From Wolbachia endosymbiont strain TRS of Brugia malayi (lineage in GTDB: Bacteria; Pseudomonadota; Alphaproteobacteria; Rickettsiales; Anaplasmataceae), in assembly GCF_000008385.1 (NCBI RefSeq), contig NC_006833.1, positions 390,001 through 422,000 on the forward strand: DNA of 32,000 bases, written 5' to 3'. The translations under genes were made by a program, and so were the position numbers. The notes under the pieces are model-generated. The model had not been told where the DNA came from. It searched no databases and saw only the letters and a program-made list of their open reading frames with translations. The first letter of the stretch is position 1. Every line of letters begins with the position of its first letter. Positions 1-9,865 of the stretch are shown piece after piece.

Positions 1-317
1 GTCTATACCACCCTCTTTAACAAGACTACACTGCAAGCCAAAGCTAGAAGCAAAACCTTCTGTTTGATCAGGGAGATTTTCAGCAATGATTCCTTTATAG
101 CAACACTTTGGTCATTTGCGGTTGGTTCGTATCACCCCTTTACTGTCCTTTATATCATGATTTACAATCCTTGCTATAACAGTCTGATCTATAGCTCGTT
201 TATCTTTCATCTCTCAAGATATTACTTTTATATCTGATTGATCCTAATCTGCGTCATTCTATTGCCCTAATTTATCAACTTCTTTATTTACCTTAATTTT
301 CTCCACTGCTTGACCTT

Positions 318-581
318 CTATACTCGTATTTTTTGGTCAAAGAAATCTTTATTGATGTAATAAAAAATAAGACCAGGTATTAGTGAAGTCATTAGATTTG
401 ATATAGTATGCGGAACTAAAACCATAGCAGCAACAATATGGATGAAGATTTTTACTAAAATTTTTGCTGTTTTAGCTAGTTTAGAATCGCCATCTTTAAT
501 ACTGATAGCATCCAAAAAAAGGTAGACACACACAATTGATGCTATTGTTACAGCAGTGGGTACGATGATTGGAATAAGCAA
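318..581 (-). CDS. hypothetical small membrane protein (possibly a gene fragment)
   Basis: 87-aa ORF with two hydrophobic segments (IIVPTAVTIASIVCVYLFLDAI; ILVKIFIHIVAAMVLVPHTI); no family recognised; lies in a degenerate region. Confidence 0.3.
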   Translation of the reverse strand: MLIPIIVPTAVTIASIVCVYLFLDAISIKDGDSKLAKTAKILVKIFIHIVAAMVLVPHTISNLMTSLIPGLIFYYINKDFFDQKIRV

Positions 582-988
582 AAAAGTATTAATTGAATTT
601 TTCCCAAAACTAGTTGGCTTAACACTATTATTCAGTGATGTAAGATATTGCTATTGCCAAGCAAAACTTTTCTTTAAATGCTTCATAGTCAGTCTTAATA
701 TCTGTGTTTCTATTTGGTTTTGTTCCTGCTTAAGTAAGTCATTGCATTTTATAGTATAAATTTATATACCTGTGCTTAACGGTAAAACTGTTGGCAATCA
801 TTTGCACAATCATGATGATTTCTTGTTCCTTTCGTTCCTCACATCTCACTATTAAATCTTAACTATATTAGTATCTTAGTAAAAATTATAATAGTCTGTT
901 AACTTGCGTTTCAGACTTATGAACTATCAAACGTTAGTAGGTAATAGAACCTATGGCTTTGTTATTTTAATTATTATGTAATTCTATT

Positions 989-1180
989 GTGTCTGTTCAG
1001 TGCAAATACCTATTTCTTGCGAGTGTGTGTGCTGTAGCTGCTGCTTTGGTAGTTGGATTTGCTGCTGGTGGTATTACATATGCAATATCAAAACCTAGTG
1101 ATAAAAACTTGATGGAGTCTCATCACCAGCACCTGCTCCTGCTGCTAATAAACCCTGTAGTTAATTTAAAAAACAAGTAG
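989..1180 (+). pseudogene. frameshifted small membrane protein remnant
   Basis: GTG-start ORF with TM helix YLFLASVCAVAAALVVGFAAGGITYAI; the His/Leu-rich tail becomes a Pro/Ala-rich tail (SPAPAPAANKPCS*) in an adjacent frame, suggesting a 1-nt shift. Confidence 0.3.
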
Positions 1181-1598
1181 GAAGAAAAAGGAAAGACAGT
1201 ATCCATGAATGGATAATTCCATTATACTTAAACATGGGAAACAAAGGGGCTAAAAACCCTTTCCACGATCTTCTATCTATTGTCTTTCACACTGCTTAGC
1301 TGAACGGATACGGAAAGAAAATCTTTTTCCTTTAAGATCTTCTTGCTTATTTCTCAACCATTTTCTCGAACTAATACCAAAACACCAACTTTCTTATTTA
1401 AGTATATGTTGAGGTATTCACAGTATTCTGAATACCTCAGTTGATAATCCAGTAGAATACATAGTTTTATGCATTTGAGTACTTTGGAGACTTACATATA
1501 TAAAGAACAAAAATTGCATTTTCTCTTGCTAAGTAACTGTGTTTATTTTCCATAATATATATTATGTAATTTTTATAGATGCCAATGGATAGAGTTTT

Positions 1599-2366
1599 TC
1601 ATCTATTAGAATCCTTTGCTTTCTTCTCAATATATCTACACATTAGGATGGATAGCTCGTATAGAATTAACATTGGTACAGCAAGCCCTACTTGGCTTAA
1701 CACATCAGGTGGAGTTAAGATCGCAGCAATAATGAAAATTGCTACTATCGCAACTCTGCGCTTATTCGACAAACTTTGCGTAGTAAGTAATCCAACCCTA
1801 ACCATTAATGTAAGTATGACTGGAATTTGAAATGCAGTGCCAAATGCAAACATGAATTGGAGAACAAGGTCTAGATACTCGCTAACTGACGGCATAAACT
1901 CTATCGGTATGCCGAAGGATTTACCACTGTGTTCAAAGGCGATAAAAAACTTCCAGGCTAGAGGGAATATGTAGTAATAAACTACAGCAGCTCCTGTTAT
2001 AAATAAAATCGGTGTTGCAATTAAGTATGGCAACAACACTGCCCTTTCGCTTTTGTATAATCCTGGTGCTAAAAACATATAGAATTGCCATGCAAATACA
2101 GGAAAAGAAAACAAAAACGCGCTCATTATTGCAACCCTGAGATACACAAAGAATGCTTCTGTTAGATCTGTATAGATTAGAGAAAAGTCGTTGCTATTTT
2201 TTGTAACTTCTATTAAGGGTGTAAGTAAAAAATAATATATATTTTCTTTAAAATAGTAGCAAAGACCAAAGACGATGAGAAAAAATAGAAAGCAAAAAAT
2301 AACCCTTTTTCTGAGTTCTGTGAGGTGTTCATAAAAGGAAGCATATTTGTTAGGGTTTCTATTCAT
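1599..2366 (-). CDS. tatC: Sec-independent protein translocase TatC
   Basis: 255-aa multi-TM ORF; SFYEHLTELRKRVIFC start and FLFSFPVFAWQFYMFLAPGLYKSER motif typical of TatC. Confidence 0.95.
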   Translation of the reverse strand: MNRNPNKYASFYEHLTELRKRVIFCFLFFLIVFGLCYYFKENIYYFLLTPLIEVTKNSNDFSLIYTDLTEAFFVYLRVAIMSAFLFSFPVFAWQFYMFLAPGLYKSERAVLLPYLIATPILFITGAAVVYYYIFPLAWKFFIAFEHSGKSFGIPIEFMPSVSEYLDLVLQFMFAFGTAFQIPVILTLMVRVGLLTTQSLSNKRRVAIVAIFIIAAILTPPDVLSQVGLAVPMLILYELSILMCRYIEKKAKDSNR

Positions 2367-3349
2367 ATTCTATTATAGCACAATAATGCTATGTCCAACA
2401 TCCTTAGTGAAAAAGCCCATTCATTATCGTACCAAGCTGCAACTCTACAGATATCACCTGTAACATATGTGCCAGCTAAATCCACGATTGCACTATAAGG
2501 GTTATGCACGAAATCTATTGAGACTAAAGGTTCCTTACATATGGAAAGCACATCATTTACTGAGTTTTTAAATATTTCGTTTATTTCTTTAGCTGTTACT
2601 TTCTTGTCAGTGGTGAATTTAAGGTCAACCATAGAAACGTTAGCAACTGGAACTCTAATGGCAGTGCCGTCTAGCTTTCCCTTTAATTCAGGAATGACAG
2701 AACCTATTGTCTTTGCTGCTCCAGTTGTGGTTGGCACTATAGATAACCCACAGGCCCTTGCCCTGCGTAAGTCTCTATGGTTACCATCGAGAACATTTTG
2801 GTCATTCGTGTAGGCATGTACAGTGGTCATAAAACCGCTTTTCATATCTAAATTGAAGTGCAGAACCTTTACAACTGGAGCGAGACAATTTGTGGTACAA
2901 GAACCTGCTGATATTACTTTATGCTCTTTTTTGAGCATATCATTATTCACACCATAAACTATAGTTATATCAGCATCTGAAACTGGAGCAGAGACAATAA
3001 CTTTTCCTGTATTATGCTTTGCTGCTTCTGCGCGCTTGTTAAATGCACCAGTGCATTCAAGTACTACATCAACATCCCAAGGAATATTTTCAGGGTTCCG
3101 TTCTCTGTATAAAGAAAACTTTTTGCCATTTGTAGAAATCCAATTTTCGGACTCATTAAACCCAATATCACCGTTAAATTTGCCGTGAACAGAATCATAC
3201 CTAATTAAATGTGCATGCTGCTCAGTACTGAGTGATCCATTCACAGCTACAACTTCTATTTGTTCATTATATTTTCCTACTTCATGGATAGCACGCAATA
3301 CACTTCTTCCTATTCTACCAAGACCGTTAATTCCTACGCGAATCTTCAT
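2363..3349 (-). CDS. gap: type I glyceraldehyde-3-phosphate dehydrogenase
   Basis: INGLGRIGRSVLRAI nucleotide-binding motif and SAGSCTTNCLAPV catalytic cysteine motif; WYDNEWAFS near the C-terminus; 4-nt overlap with tatC. Confidence 0.97.
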   Translation of the reverse strand: MKIRVGINGLGRIGRSVLRAIHEVGKYNEQIEVVAVNGSLSTEQHAHLIRYDSVHGKFNGDIGFNESENWISTNGKKFSLYRERNPENIPWDVDVVLECTGAFNKRAEAAKHNTGKVIVSAPVSDADITIVYGVNNDMLKKEHKVISAGSCTTNCLAPVVKVLHFNLDMKSGFMTTVHAYTNDQNVLDGNHRDLRRARACGLSIVPTTTGAAKTIGSVIPELKGKLDGTAIRVPVANVSMVDLKFTTDKKVTAKEINEIFKNSVNDVLSICKEPLVSIDFVHNPYSAIVDLAGTYVTGDICRVAAWYDNEWAFSLRMLDIALLCYNRI

Positions 3350-3550
3350 TTCTTCATCTAAAAAATTTAATTATAGAAAATGTTGTTCAATTTTGCATTC
3401 TATTCTTTCGTTTTTTAGTCGGTAACTAACTAGAGCAAAATAGGTAGGCTTTTCCCTACTCTTTCCTTTGTTAGATCTTTCTTATATTGTCATCCCAGTA
3501 TATAACGCATAGCTATACAAACATTGTAATTTTAGTCCACCAGAGGTGGT

Positions 3551-3640
3551 GTCATTCCAGCGCGTGACACTAGGCGCGGTTCGTCATCCGCGGATTCGTT
3601 CGCGGTATCCCTAGATCCCGCTAACAAGCGGCAGAATGAC
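3551..3640. repeat. Wolbachia-type palindromic intergenic repeat
   Basis: GTCATTC at the left end and GAATGAC at the right end, with nested GC-rich inverted repeats (CGCGG/CCGCG, CCGCTaacaAGCGG) in an AT-rich intergenic context. Confidence 0.6.
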
Positions 3641-3651
3641 TGTAGTTACAA

Positions 3652-3731
3652 TATTTAAGAAATTTACTAAACAGCACCAAACAGAAGAAATCTGTCAAAC
3701 CAGGAAGAAATTCCTTAATTTAAGTTTTTAG
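3652..3731 (+). repeat. 80-bp dispersed repeat, copy A (pairs with 19051..19130)
   Basis: Direct comparison by eye: 75 of 80 positions identical to 19051..19130, no gaps. Confidence 0.9.
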
Positions 3732-3924
3732 GAGCCCCAAAGGCAATTATTGCTACTGCAAGAAAATTAGCACGTATCTTTTATCAAATGTTGAAATATG
3801 GACAAGAATATGCGAAAAGAAATATAGACTACTATGAAACACATTATTTAAAGAGAAAGTTGTAAAAAATTTGATCAAAAGGGTACGGAAATTTGGTTAT
3901 TATTGGTTTAACAAGAAGAGTTGA
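3722..3924 (+). pseudogene. IS110-family transposase C-terminal remnant (frameshifted), copy A
   Basis: KFLGAPKAIIATARKLARIFYQMLKYGQEYAKRNIDYYETHYLKRK, then after a frame change VKNLIKRVRKFGYYWFNKKS*; matches the IS110/IS1111 C-terminal pattern (LGAPKAITATAHKLARI..ML..G..Y). Confidence 0.8.
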
Positions 3925-4071
3925 TTGAGGAGTTTTTTAGGAGAAAAAAAAGGCAAATGAGTCCTGGTTAATATCTATTTAAAAACATTGGCATTTTTTT
4001 ATGTTTTAAACACTTAATAACTACGACTCGACTGCTTTTAAACCGCAACCAATCTAGACTATAATCGTTAA

Positions 4072-4370
4072 GAAATTTACTAAGCAGAAAAAAGGACAAA
4101 AGAAACCCCGTTAGCTAGTTATTCACTATCTATTTTATAATGTTGGAATTTTTTAATGTTTAAGTGCCCAGCAGGAAGATTTGCAGCACTAGCTGACAAT
4201 GTAGACAACAATGTAAAAGATATGAGGTGCACATAGTGTAAAAAATAAAACACAGATACATTAAGTTTTTCTGTTATTTTATCTGCACAGACTGAAGATA
4301 AACAAATAGCTTCAGTACCATTATAAGGGGACCGGCAAAGTTTGTCAAGTAGTTTTTGCATTTCTGTAAG
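4072..4370. repeat. diverged repeat tail, copy A (similar to about 19229..19530)
   Basis: Shared blocks in the same order: ACTAgGCAGAAAAAAgg.cAAAAG; GAggtgCACATAGTGtaAAAAAT; TTATCTGCAcAGAcTGAAGATA; GGGGaCcGGCAAaGttTGTcAAGTA. Confidence 0.6.
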
Positions 4371-4470
4371 CTACTTTGAATTCTGTTTATCAAATCACAA
4401 TGTTTGTGCAGTTCATTGATAAATCAAGAAGTCATAGTAAAGATAGACGTTGGCAAAAGATTACTGAAAG

Positions 4471-5922
4471 CTACAAACTATGCCTTTTCGTGTAATCTTT
4501 AAATGCACCTTGGTTAGAGTCAAAATATAGCTTTACACTGCCAATTGGCCCGTTTCTTTGTTTTGCAATAATGAGCTCTGCAACATTTCTAATTTTCTCC
4601 ATTTTTTCTTGCCACTCTCGATGTTTATTGCTTCCCTCACTTGGCTGCCTTCTCAGTTCGTAATATTCTTCTCTATAGAGGAACATTACTATGTCTGCAT
4701 CCTGCTCTATGCTTCCTGAATCACGTAAATCAGCAAGTTGTGGTTTTTTGTCGTCTCTTTGCTCAACAGAACGGGAGAGCTGCGACAATGCAACGACAGG
4801 AATATTTAGTTCCTTTGCAATTGCCTTTAAGCCTTGTGTCACTTCCGAAATCTCTTGCACTCTATTTTCATTACTTCTCTTTGTTGTTCCTCTGATTAAC
4901 TGCAAATAATCAATAAATACTGCTTCTACGTTGTATAATTGATATAACAAACGTATTCTGGTACGAAGAGCGCTGATTGATAGCGCAGGAGTATCGTCTA
5001 TGATGAAAGGCAACTCAGATAATTCCGCACTAGCATTGATGAATTCATGCAATTCAAAATCACTAATCCTTCCAGTTAATGCTTTATAATAGCTAATTCC
5101 TGAGTCTATAGTGATCAATCTTGTAGTTAGTTGTTCTGCTGACATTTCAAGTGAAAAAAACGCTACATAGTGTTGCTCATCCGCTCTTTTTTGCAAGACC
5201 TTACAAGCATTAAGCGCAATATTTAGTGCCAATGCTGTCTTACCCATAGAAGGCCTTGCAGCCAAAATTAATAGATCAGACTTCTGCAAACCACCAAGGA
5301 GCTGATTTAGATCTTGAAGTCCGGTTGTAATGCCTAGAGCCTCTGGATTATTTTTTAGCGTACTAATTTTTTTAACTACATCTTTAACTGAACTTGCAAG
5401 CTTTATATATGTTTTCTCACCTAGCCTTTTTACTGCTAAATTGAATAACTTAGTCATCACTTGCTCAATTTGCACCTGTGCAGAATTTTCGATGTCATAG
5501 TTGTAACTATCATTAACCATCTCCTGTCCGAGCTTGATTAAGCACCTTCTTAAGTAGGTATCGCGGATTATTCTAGTCAAACTATAGATATCGAGTGCAA
5601 TACTTGCCTTTGCTGCAAGCTTTGCAAGATATTCAACTCCACCACATTCGATAAAAGCTTGGTCGTTTTCAAAAAACATTTTAAGGCTCAGTTCATTGGC
5701 AACTATACCGTGTTTTCTGGTTTTAGATATCTGTGTGAAAATACTTTGATGCAGTGGATCATAGAAATTCTCTGCAGTGATTGTGTCTTCAACCGCATCA
5801 CAGATTCTATTATCACGAATCATTGCGCCAATAAGCATTTGTTCTGCTTCTAAATTATGCGGCAATTTACATATTTCCTTATCTACACTTTTTGAATTGA
5901 TGAGACTAGCTAGTTTATTCAT
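4471..5922 (-). CDS. dnaB: replicative DNA helicase DnaB
   Basis: PHNLEAEQMLIGAMIRDN N-terminal motif; LLILAARPSMGKTALALNIA Walker A; FIDYLQLIRG; ALSQLSRSVEQRDDKKPQLADLRDSGSIEQDAD. Confidence 0.98.
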   Translation of the reverse strand: MNKLASLINSKSVDKEICKLPHNLEAEQMLIGAMIRDNRICDAVEDTITAENFYDPLHQSIFTQISKTRKHGIVANELSLKMFFENDQAFIECGGVEYLAKLAAKASIALDIYSLTRIIRDTYLRRCLIKLGQEMVNDSYNYDIENSAQVQIEQVMTKLFNLAVKRLGEKTYIKLASSVKDVVKKISTLKNNPEALGITTGLQDLNQLLGGLQKSDLLILAARPSMGKTALALNIALNACKVLQKRADEQHYVAFFSLEMSAEQLTTRLITIDSGISYYKALTGRISDFELHEFINASAELSELPFIIDDTPALSISALRTRIRLLYQLYNVEAVFIDYLQLIRGTTKRSNENRVQEISEVTQGLKAIAKELNIPVVALSQLSRSVEQRDDKKPQLADLRDSGSIEQDADIVMFLYREEYYELRRQPSEGSNKHREWQEKMEKIRNVAELIIAKQRNGPIGSVKLYFDSNQGAFKDYTKRHSL

Positions 5923-6033
5923 TTTAAGTTTTTAGAGTAACTGTCGATTATTGTAGAATATTTAGTATTCATTTGAAAGATGTAAGAGCAAAAAAATTTG
6001 ACTAATCCTGTATTGTCTATACCATTTAAAAAG

Positions 6034-6116
6034 GCCCCCGTGGTGGAATGGTAGACACGGCAGACTCAAAATCTGCTGCTTGCAAAAGCATGCTGGTTCA
6101 AGTCCGGCCAGGGGCA
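6034..6116 (+). tRNA. tRNA-Leu, anticodon CAA
   Basis: Cloverleaf readable by eye: acceptor GCCCCCG/CAGGGGC (one C-A mismatch), anticodon arm GCAGA-CTCAAAA-TCTGC, variable arm TGCTTGCAAAAGCA, T arm GCTGG-TTCAAGT-CCGGC; CCA not fully encoded. Confidence 0.93.
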
Positions 6117-6138
6117 CTCAAATATCGGAAAGTGCATT

Positions 6139-6762
6139 ATGTTACACAAATTTTTTGGTCGTTTATTTTCTGTTCTCTCTTCTATAAATATTATTCAAAG
6201 GGTAAAAAATGATGAAAATGGGGTATGTTATGTTACAGGACTTAGGCGCTATATCTCGGTATTGCTTGATTTTATTATTATCATTTTATTCTTGTTATTC
6301 TTTGGATTTTTTAGCCGAGTCTTAAATCATCTTTTAAACTCAAAAAATGAGACAACATTCAGCCAAATTGCTGCAAAATATCAAATGCAAGTGCCACTGT
6401 CTGTAGAAGAAAAAGCGGTGCAGAATAGGTTCATTAAATTATGGATCCTGAGTCAAATAGTCCAATTCATCATGCTCTTTAGCTATGTTGCATATATGTG
6501 GATAAAGTTCACTGCTACACCTGGAAAATTATTGCTTGGGCTCAGAGTTGTAGATGCGCAAACTTTTGGAAAAATGACCATAAGACAGGCAACTAAGAGG
6601 TTTTTTTCCTTTATATTGTCGGTTGCACCATTATTTTTAGGCTTCATATGGTCAAATTTCAACAAGCGCTGCCAAACTTGGCATGATAAGATCGCAGGCA
6701 CAGTGGTTGTTACGAGTAAAAGCCTTAGAAGGCAAAGTAAGAAACTGCTTGACAAAATTTAA
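6139..6762 (+). CDS. RDD family membrane protein
   Basis: [20 protein letters not shown] with later [29 protein letters not shown] and [11 protein letters not shown], characteristic of RDD domains; exact start uncertain. Confidence 0.8.
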   Translation: MLHKFFGRLFSVLSSINIIQRVKNDENGVCYVTGLRRYISVLLDFIIIILFLLFFGFFSRVLNHLLNSKNETTFSQIAAKYQMQVPLSVEEKAVQNRFIKLWILSQIVQFIMLFSYVAYMWIKFTATPGKLLLGLRVVDAQTFGKMTIRQATKRFFSFILSVAPLFLGFIWSNFNKRCQTWHDKIAGTVVVTSKSLRRQSKKLLDKI

Positions 6763-7792
6763 CAACTTCCTTACCATAAATAGTAAAGGTATTTCTGACT
6801 CACAGCCGAATGGGTTCAATGGCAAAATTTAGTAAAAAAAAATTAAGGTGTTTTTTGGTGGTTACACCAAATTATAGTAGTTGTATATCTTTTAAGTTTT
6901 TCTGCACTCAGCCAAACAGCGCTTAAACTAAGCGTCAGCAAATTATTACAGTATCAATTTAAATTATTATAGGGTCAAAACCAGCACTACGGTATTTCTT
7001 TTGCCTTTTTTATTTAGTAAGTTTCTTAAATATTCGTAGCTAAAAGTTAATTGCACAAGATCTACCTTAAGGGTCCATTAAGCCAAGTAGCTGAAACTGA
7101 AATAGCATCTAGTTCAAAAATTCACTTAGGTTAATGATAGTTAAATATCCCTAATTAAAAACAAAGAGAGGTCAGTTAATTATAAAATGGAGGTGGTGGC
7201 ACAAAAATTTGGTGAATGGAGCAATTGCGGTTTATCTGACAAGTGCTATTTTGACATGATTTTTTTATAAAAATGCTGCTTTTTGCGGTGTAAGACCGAA
7301 GGGTAGAGCTGCTATTCCAGCATGTAACGCTGGAATGCAGAGATTTAATCTATGGTAAGTAACAGAGTAACAAAAAATTGATTTTATAATGCAGGATATC
7401 TTGCTAATATATTTGTATGGCTTTTAGATTAAGGAATATCTTATTAATATCACTTGTAACTGGTTTACTTACTGGTTGTTTTACAACACTATTCTCTGAT
7501 TCTGCATAAGCAATTCGAATGAAGGTAGTAGGTAGTGAAGGCGACTTAATAGAAAAAGTTGAATGCGTTATAAATGACCCACCTGGGGTGAGCCTTTTTA
7601 TTACAGTTTGTTGATTGTGAAAAGGTAGATTAAAACAACTAAATATGATGATAGGTGAAAGTTTTAATAAGGTTGTTTTATTAAATCTACTATGGTGGTC
7701 TGGTTTTATTATCGACACAGCTACCGGATCTTATAAATAATATCTATCACACTATGTTGTAACCATGGAGAAATCTAGTTCATAGTGAAAAA

Positions 7793-8134
7793 ATGCTTAA
7801 ACGCAGTGGCCCGAAAAAATTAAAGTCTATAGTGGAAAGTTGTGCATTGAAATGCATAAAGAATAGAATAAGCAGAAATGAAATACGTCTTATTTTAAAC
7901 TGGAAGAATATAGTTGGAATAGAAATAGCAGAATGTACAAAACCGAAAAAGATCTCATATGCACAAAATATAAATTCAGGTGTATTGCATCTGGTGGTAA
8001 TAAATGGTAGTAAAGCATTGGAAATTCAGCATATGGTCTCTCTTATGATAGAGAAAATCACGATATTTTTTGGCTACAAAGCAGTATATGGTATAAAAAT
8101 TAAGCAAGAGAGTATTGACTATTTCACTATATAA
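7793..8134 (+). CDS. DUF721/DciA family protein (candidate replicative helicase loader)
   Basis: WKNIVGIEIAECTKPKKISYAQNINSGVLHLVVINGSKALEIQHMVSLMIEKITIFFGYKAVYGIKIKQ fits the DUF721 pattern (W..ivG..ia..t.P.ki....L.v.v.....a.el.). Confidence 0.7.
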   Translation: MLKRSGPKKLKSIVESCALKCIKNRISRNEIRLILNWKNIVGIEIAECTKPKKISYAQNINSGVLHLVVINGSKALEIQHMVSLMIEKITIFFGYKAVYGIKIKQESIDYFTI

Positions 8135-8171
8135 GGTAACCTAAATACATAGAATAACTTGGTATATCAAA

Positions 8172-8486
8172 GTGAGTAGAGTTTGCGAATTAACAAATAG
8201 AAAGAAATCTTTTGGTAATAAGGTATCACATTCAAATCGTAAAGCAAAACGCATCTTTCTTTTAAATTTACATAATGTTACATTGATAAGTAATATATTA
8301 AATAAAAAATTTAAGTTTCGTGTAGCAATAAGGACCTTAAGGACTATAGATTATAAAGGTAATCTTGACGCTTTTTTGCTCAATACAAGAACAGTTAAAC
8401 TAAGCAAAAAAGCACAAAAAATAAAAAGAAAGTTGAAGAAAGTTTTAGCAAAACAAGAGGTAGAATTAGGCATCTCAGATGCATAG
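8172..8486 (+). CDS. rpmB: 50S ribosomal protein L28
   Basis: [37 protein letters not shown]; GTG start. Confidence 0.93.
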   Translation: MSRVCELTNRKKSFGNKVSHSNRKAKRIFLLNLHNVTLISNILNKKFKFRVAIRTLRTIDYKGNLDAFLLNTRTVKLSKKAQKIKRKLKKVLAKQEVELGISDA

Positions 8487-9342
8487 CAAGCCTCCATGGC
8501 TCAGAGCAAAAGCTCCGACTGGTGAAATATTCAATGAGACCTTAAATACTGTTAAACTGCATGGTCTACATACAGTGTGCGAAGAGGCTGCATGTCCAAA
8601 TATTGGTGAATGTTGGAACAAACGTCATGCTACTGTGATGATTCTTGGTTCTGTTTGCACTCGTGCTTGTGCATTTTGCAACGTTGCAACTGGTATCCCT
8701 AATAAGTTAGATCCTCACGAACCAGAAAATTTAGCAAAAGCAATAAAAAAGTTAAACTTAAAATATGTTGTCATTACCTCCGTCGACCGTGATGATTTAC
8801 CAGATGGCGGAGCAAGTCAGTTTATAAAGTGTATAGAAGAAATTAGAAAAATAACTCCAGAAACAACAGTAGAAATTTTAACTCCTGATTTTTTAAATAA
8901 GAAAGGAGCGTTTGAAGCAATCGCTGTTGCATCACCTGATGTCTATAACCACAATATTGAAATGGTGCCAAGATTATATGCAAGAATAAGACCGCGTGCT
9001 CGTTATTTTCATTCACTATATTTGTTGAAGATGGTGAAGCAAATTAATCCTAAACTCCTCACAAAGTCAGGGCTCATGGTTGGTCTTGGAGAAACGAAAG
9101 AAGAAGTACTTCAAGTTATGGACGATTTACGAAGTGCTGAAGTTGACTTTATCACAATCGGTCAATATCTTCAACCAACTCCAAAGCATGCAAAGATTGA
9201 TAGGTATGTTACCCCAGAAGAATTTGAGCATTATAAATATATTGCTTATTCTAAAGGTTTCTTAGTGGTTGCATCTAGTCCACTAACTAGATCATCATAC
9301 CATGCTGAAGAGGATTTTAATAGGCTCAAGGCTTGTCGTTAA
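8479..9342 (+). CDS. lipA: lipoyl synthase
   Basis: [13 protein letters not shown] and [10 protein letters not shown] cysteine motifs, [21 protein letters not shown]; overlaps the rpmB 3' end by 8 nt. Confidence 0.97.
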   Translation: MHSKPPWLRAKAPTGEIFNETLNTVKLHGLHTVCEEAACPNIGECWNKRHATVMILGSVCTRACAFCNVATGIPNKLDPHEPENLAKAIKKLNLKYVVITSVDRDDLPDGGASQFIKCIEEIRKITPETTVEILTPDFLNKKGAFEAIAVASPDVYNHNIEMVPRLYARIRPRARYFHSLYLLKMVKQINPKLLTKSGLMVGLGETKEEVLQVMDDLRSAEVDFITIGQYLQPTPKHAKIDRYVTPEEFEHYKYIAYSKGFLVVASSPLTRSSYHAEEDFNRLKACR

Positions 9343-9594
9343 TACTAGATTTCTTCAAGATCTGAAACACGATTGTGTAAATCATATGTAGTTAAGTTAA
9401 GCAAGGTTGAAGAATTGAGAGATAAGCTTCAAGTTAAAGCGGCAGATTTAAGCTAGTAAAGTTGTTTTTTTACTTTTTTATGAATCCTGAGTGCAAGATG
9501 CACTTGTTTCACTTACCACTTTTAGCGGTTTATCACCTAAACTATGTTCCACTTTTGTCTCACATTACGTTTTGGTAAGCTACCAGACACGAGT

Positions 9595-9865
9595 CTAATT
9601 GCAAATTCAAATCTAGCACTAATTGGAAAAGAGGTGGTAGAATTCCAAAGTGCTGAACTTGCAGATAAAAATAAATATAAGATGAGTAATCTAATTAGAG
9701 GGCAAGAAGGTACCGAAGAATATGAGTATACTGCAGGTGAGAAACTCACTCTGCTTGATGATTCAATAGTACCTTTTTGAAGCTCCAAGGGGAAAAGAAT
9801 TTTACCTTAAAGCAGTTACTTATGGTGATTCATTGTGCAATACGTGGGCAAAGGCATTTCTATAG
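9595..9865 (+). pseudogene. fragment resembling C-terminal part of GTA TIM-barrel/host-specificity protein (gp15-like), frameshifted
   Basis: SLIANSNLALIGKEVVEFQSAELADKNKYKMSNLIRGQEGTEEYEYTAGEKLTLLDDSIVPF (ORF 9544..9780), continued in another frame from 9779 as EAPRGKEFYLKAVTYGDSLCNTWAKAFL*; matches the GTA pattern GE.i.F..A.l.....y.ls.LlRG..GTE......G.. Confidence 0.6.

Noticed and set aside
1579-1830. Plus-strand 83-aa ORF over tatC
   Set aside because: Antisense to a clearly conserved tatC; composition reads as a shadow ORF.
2541-2813. Plus-strand 90-aa ORF over gap
   Set aside because: Antisense shadow of conserved GAPDH coding sequence.
4119-4361. Minus-strand 80-aa ORF downstream of dnaB
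   Set aside because: Falls inside the diverged repeat tail; the equivalent frame in copy B (19.2-19.5 kb) has stop codons, so it is unlikely to be a functional gene.
6854-6871. TTTGGTG-GTTA-CACCAAA 7-bp hairpin after the RDD gene, considered as a terminator
   Set aside because: AT-rich stem with no following T-run; frequent by chance at this base composition.
7404-7718. Minus-strand 104-aa ORF
   Set aside because: No recognisable domain, ordinary spacing and low-complexity composition; cannot be supported as a gene from sequence alone.
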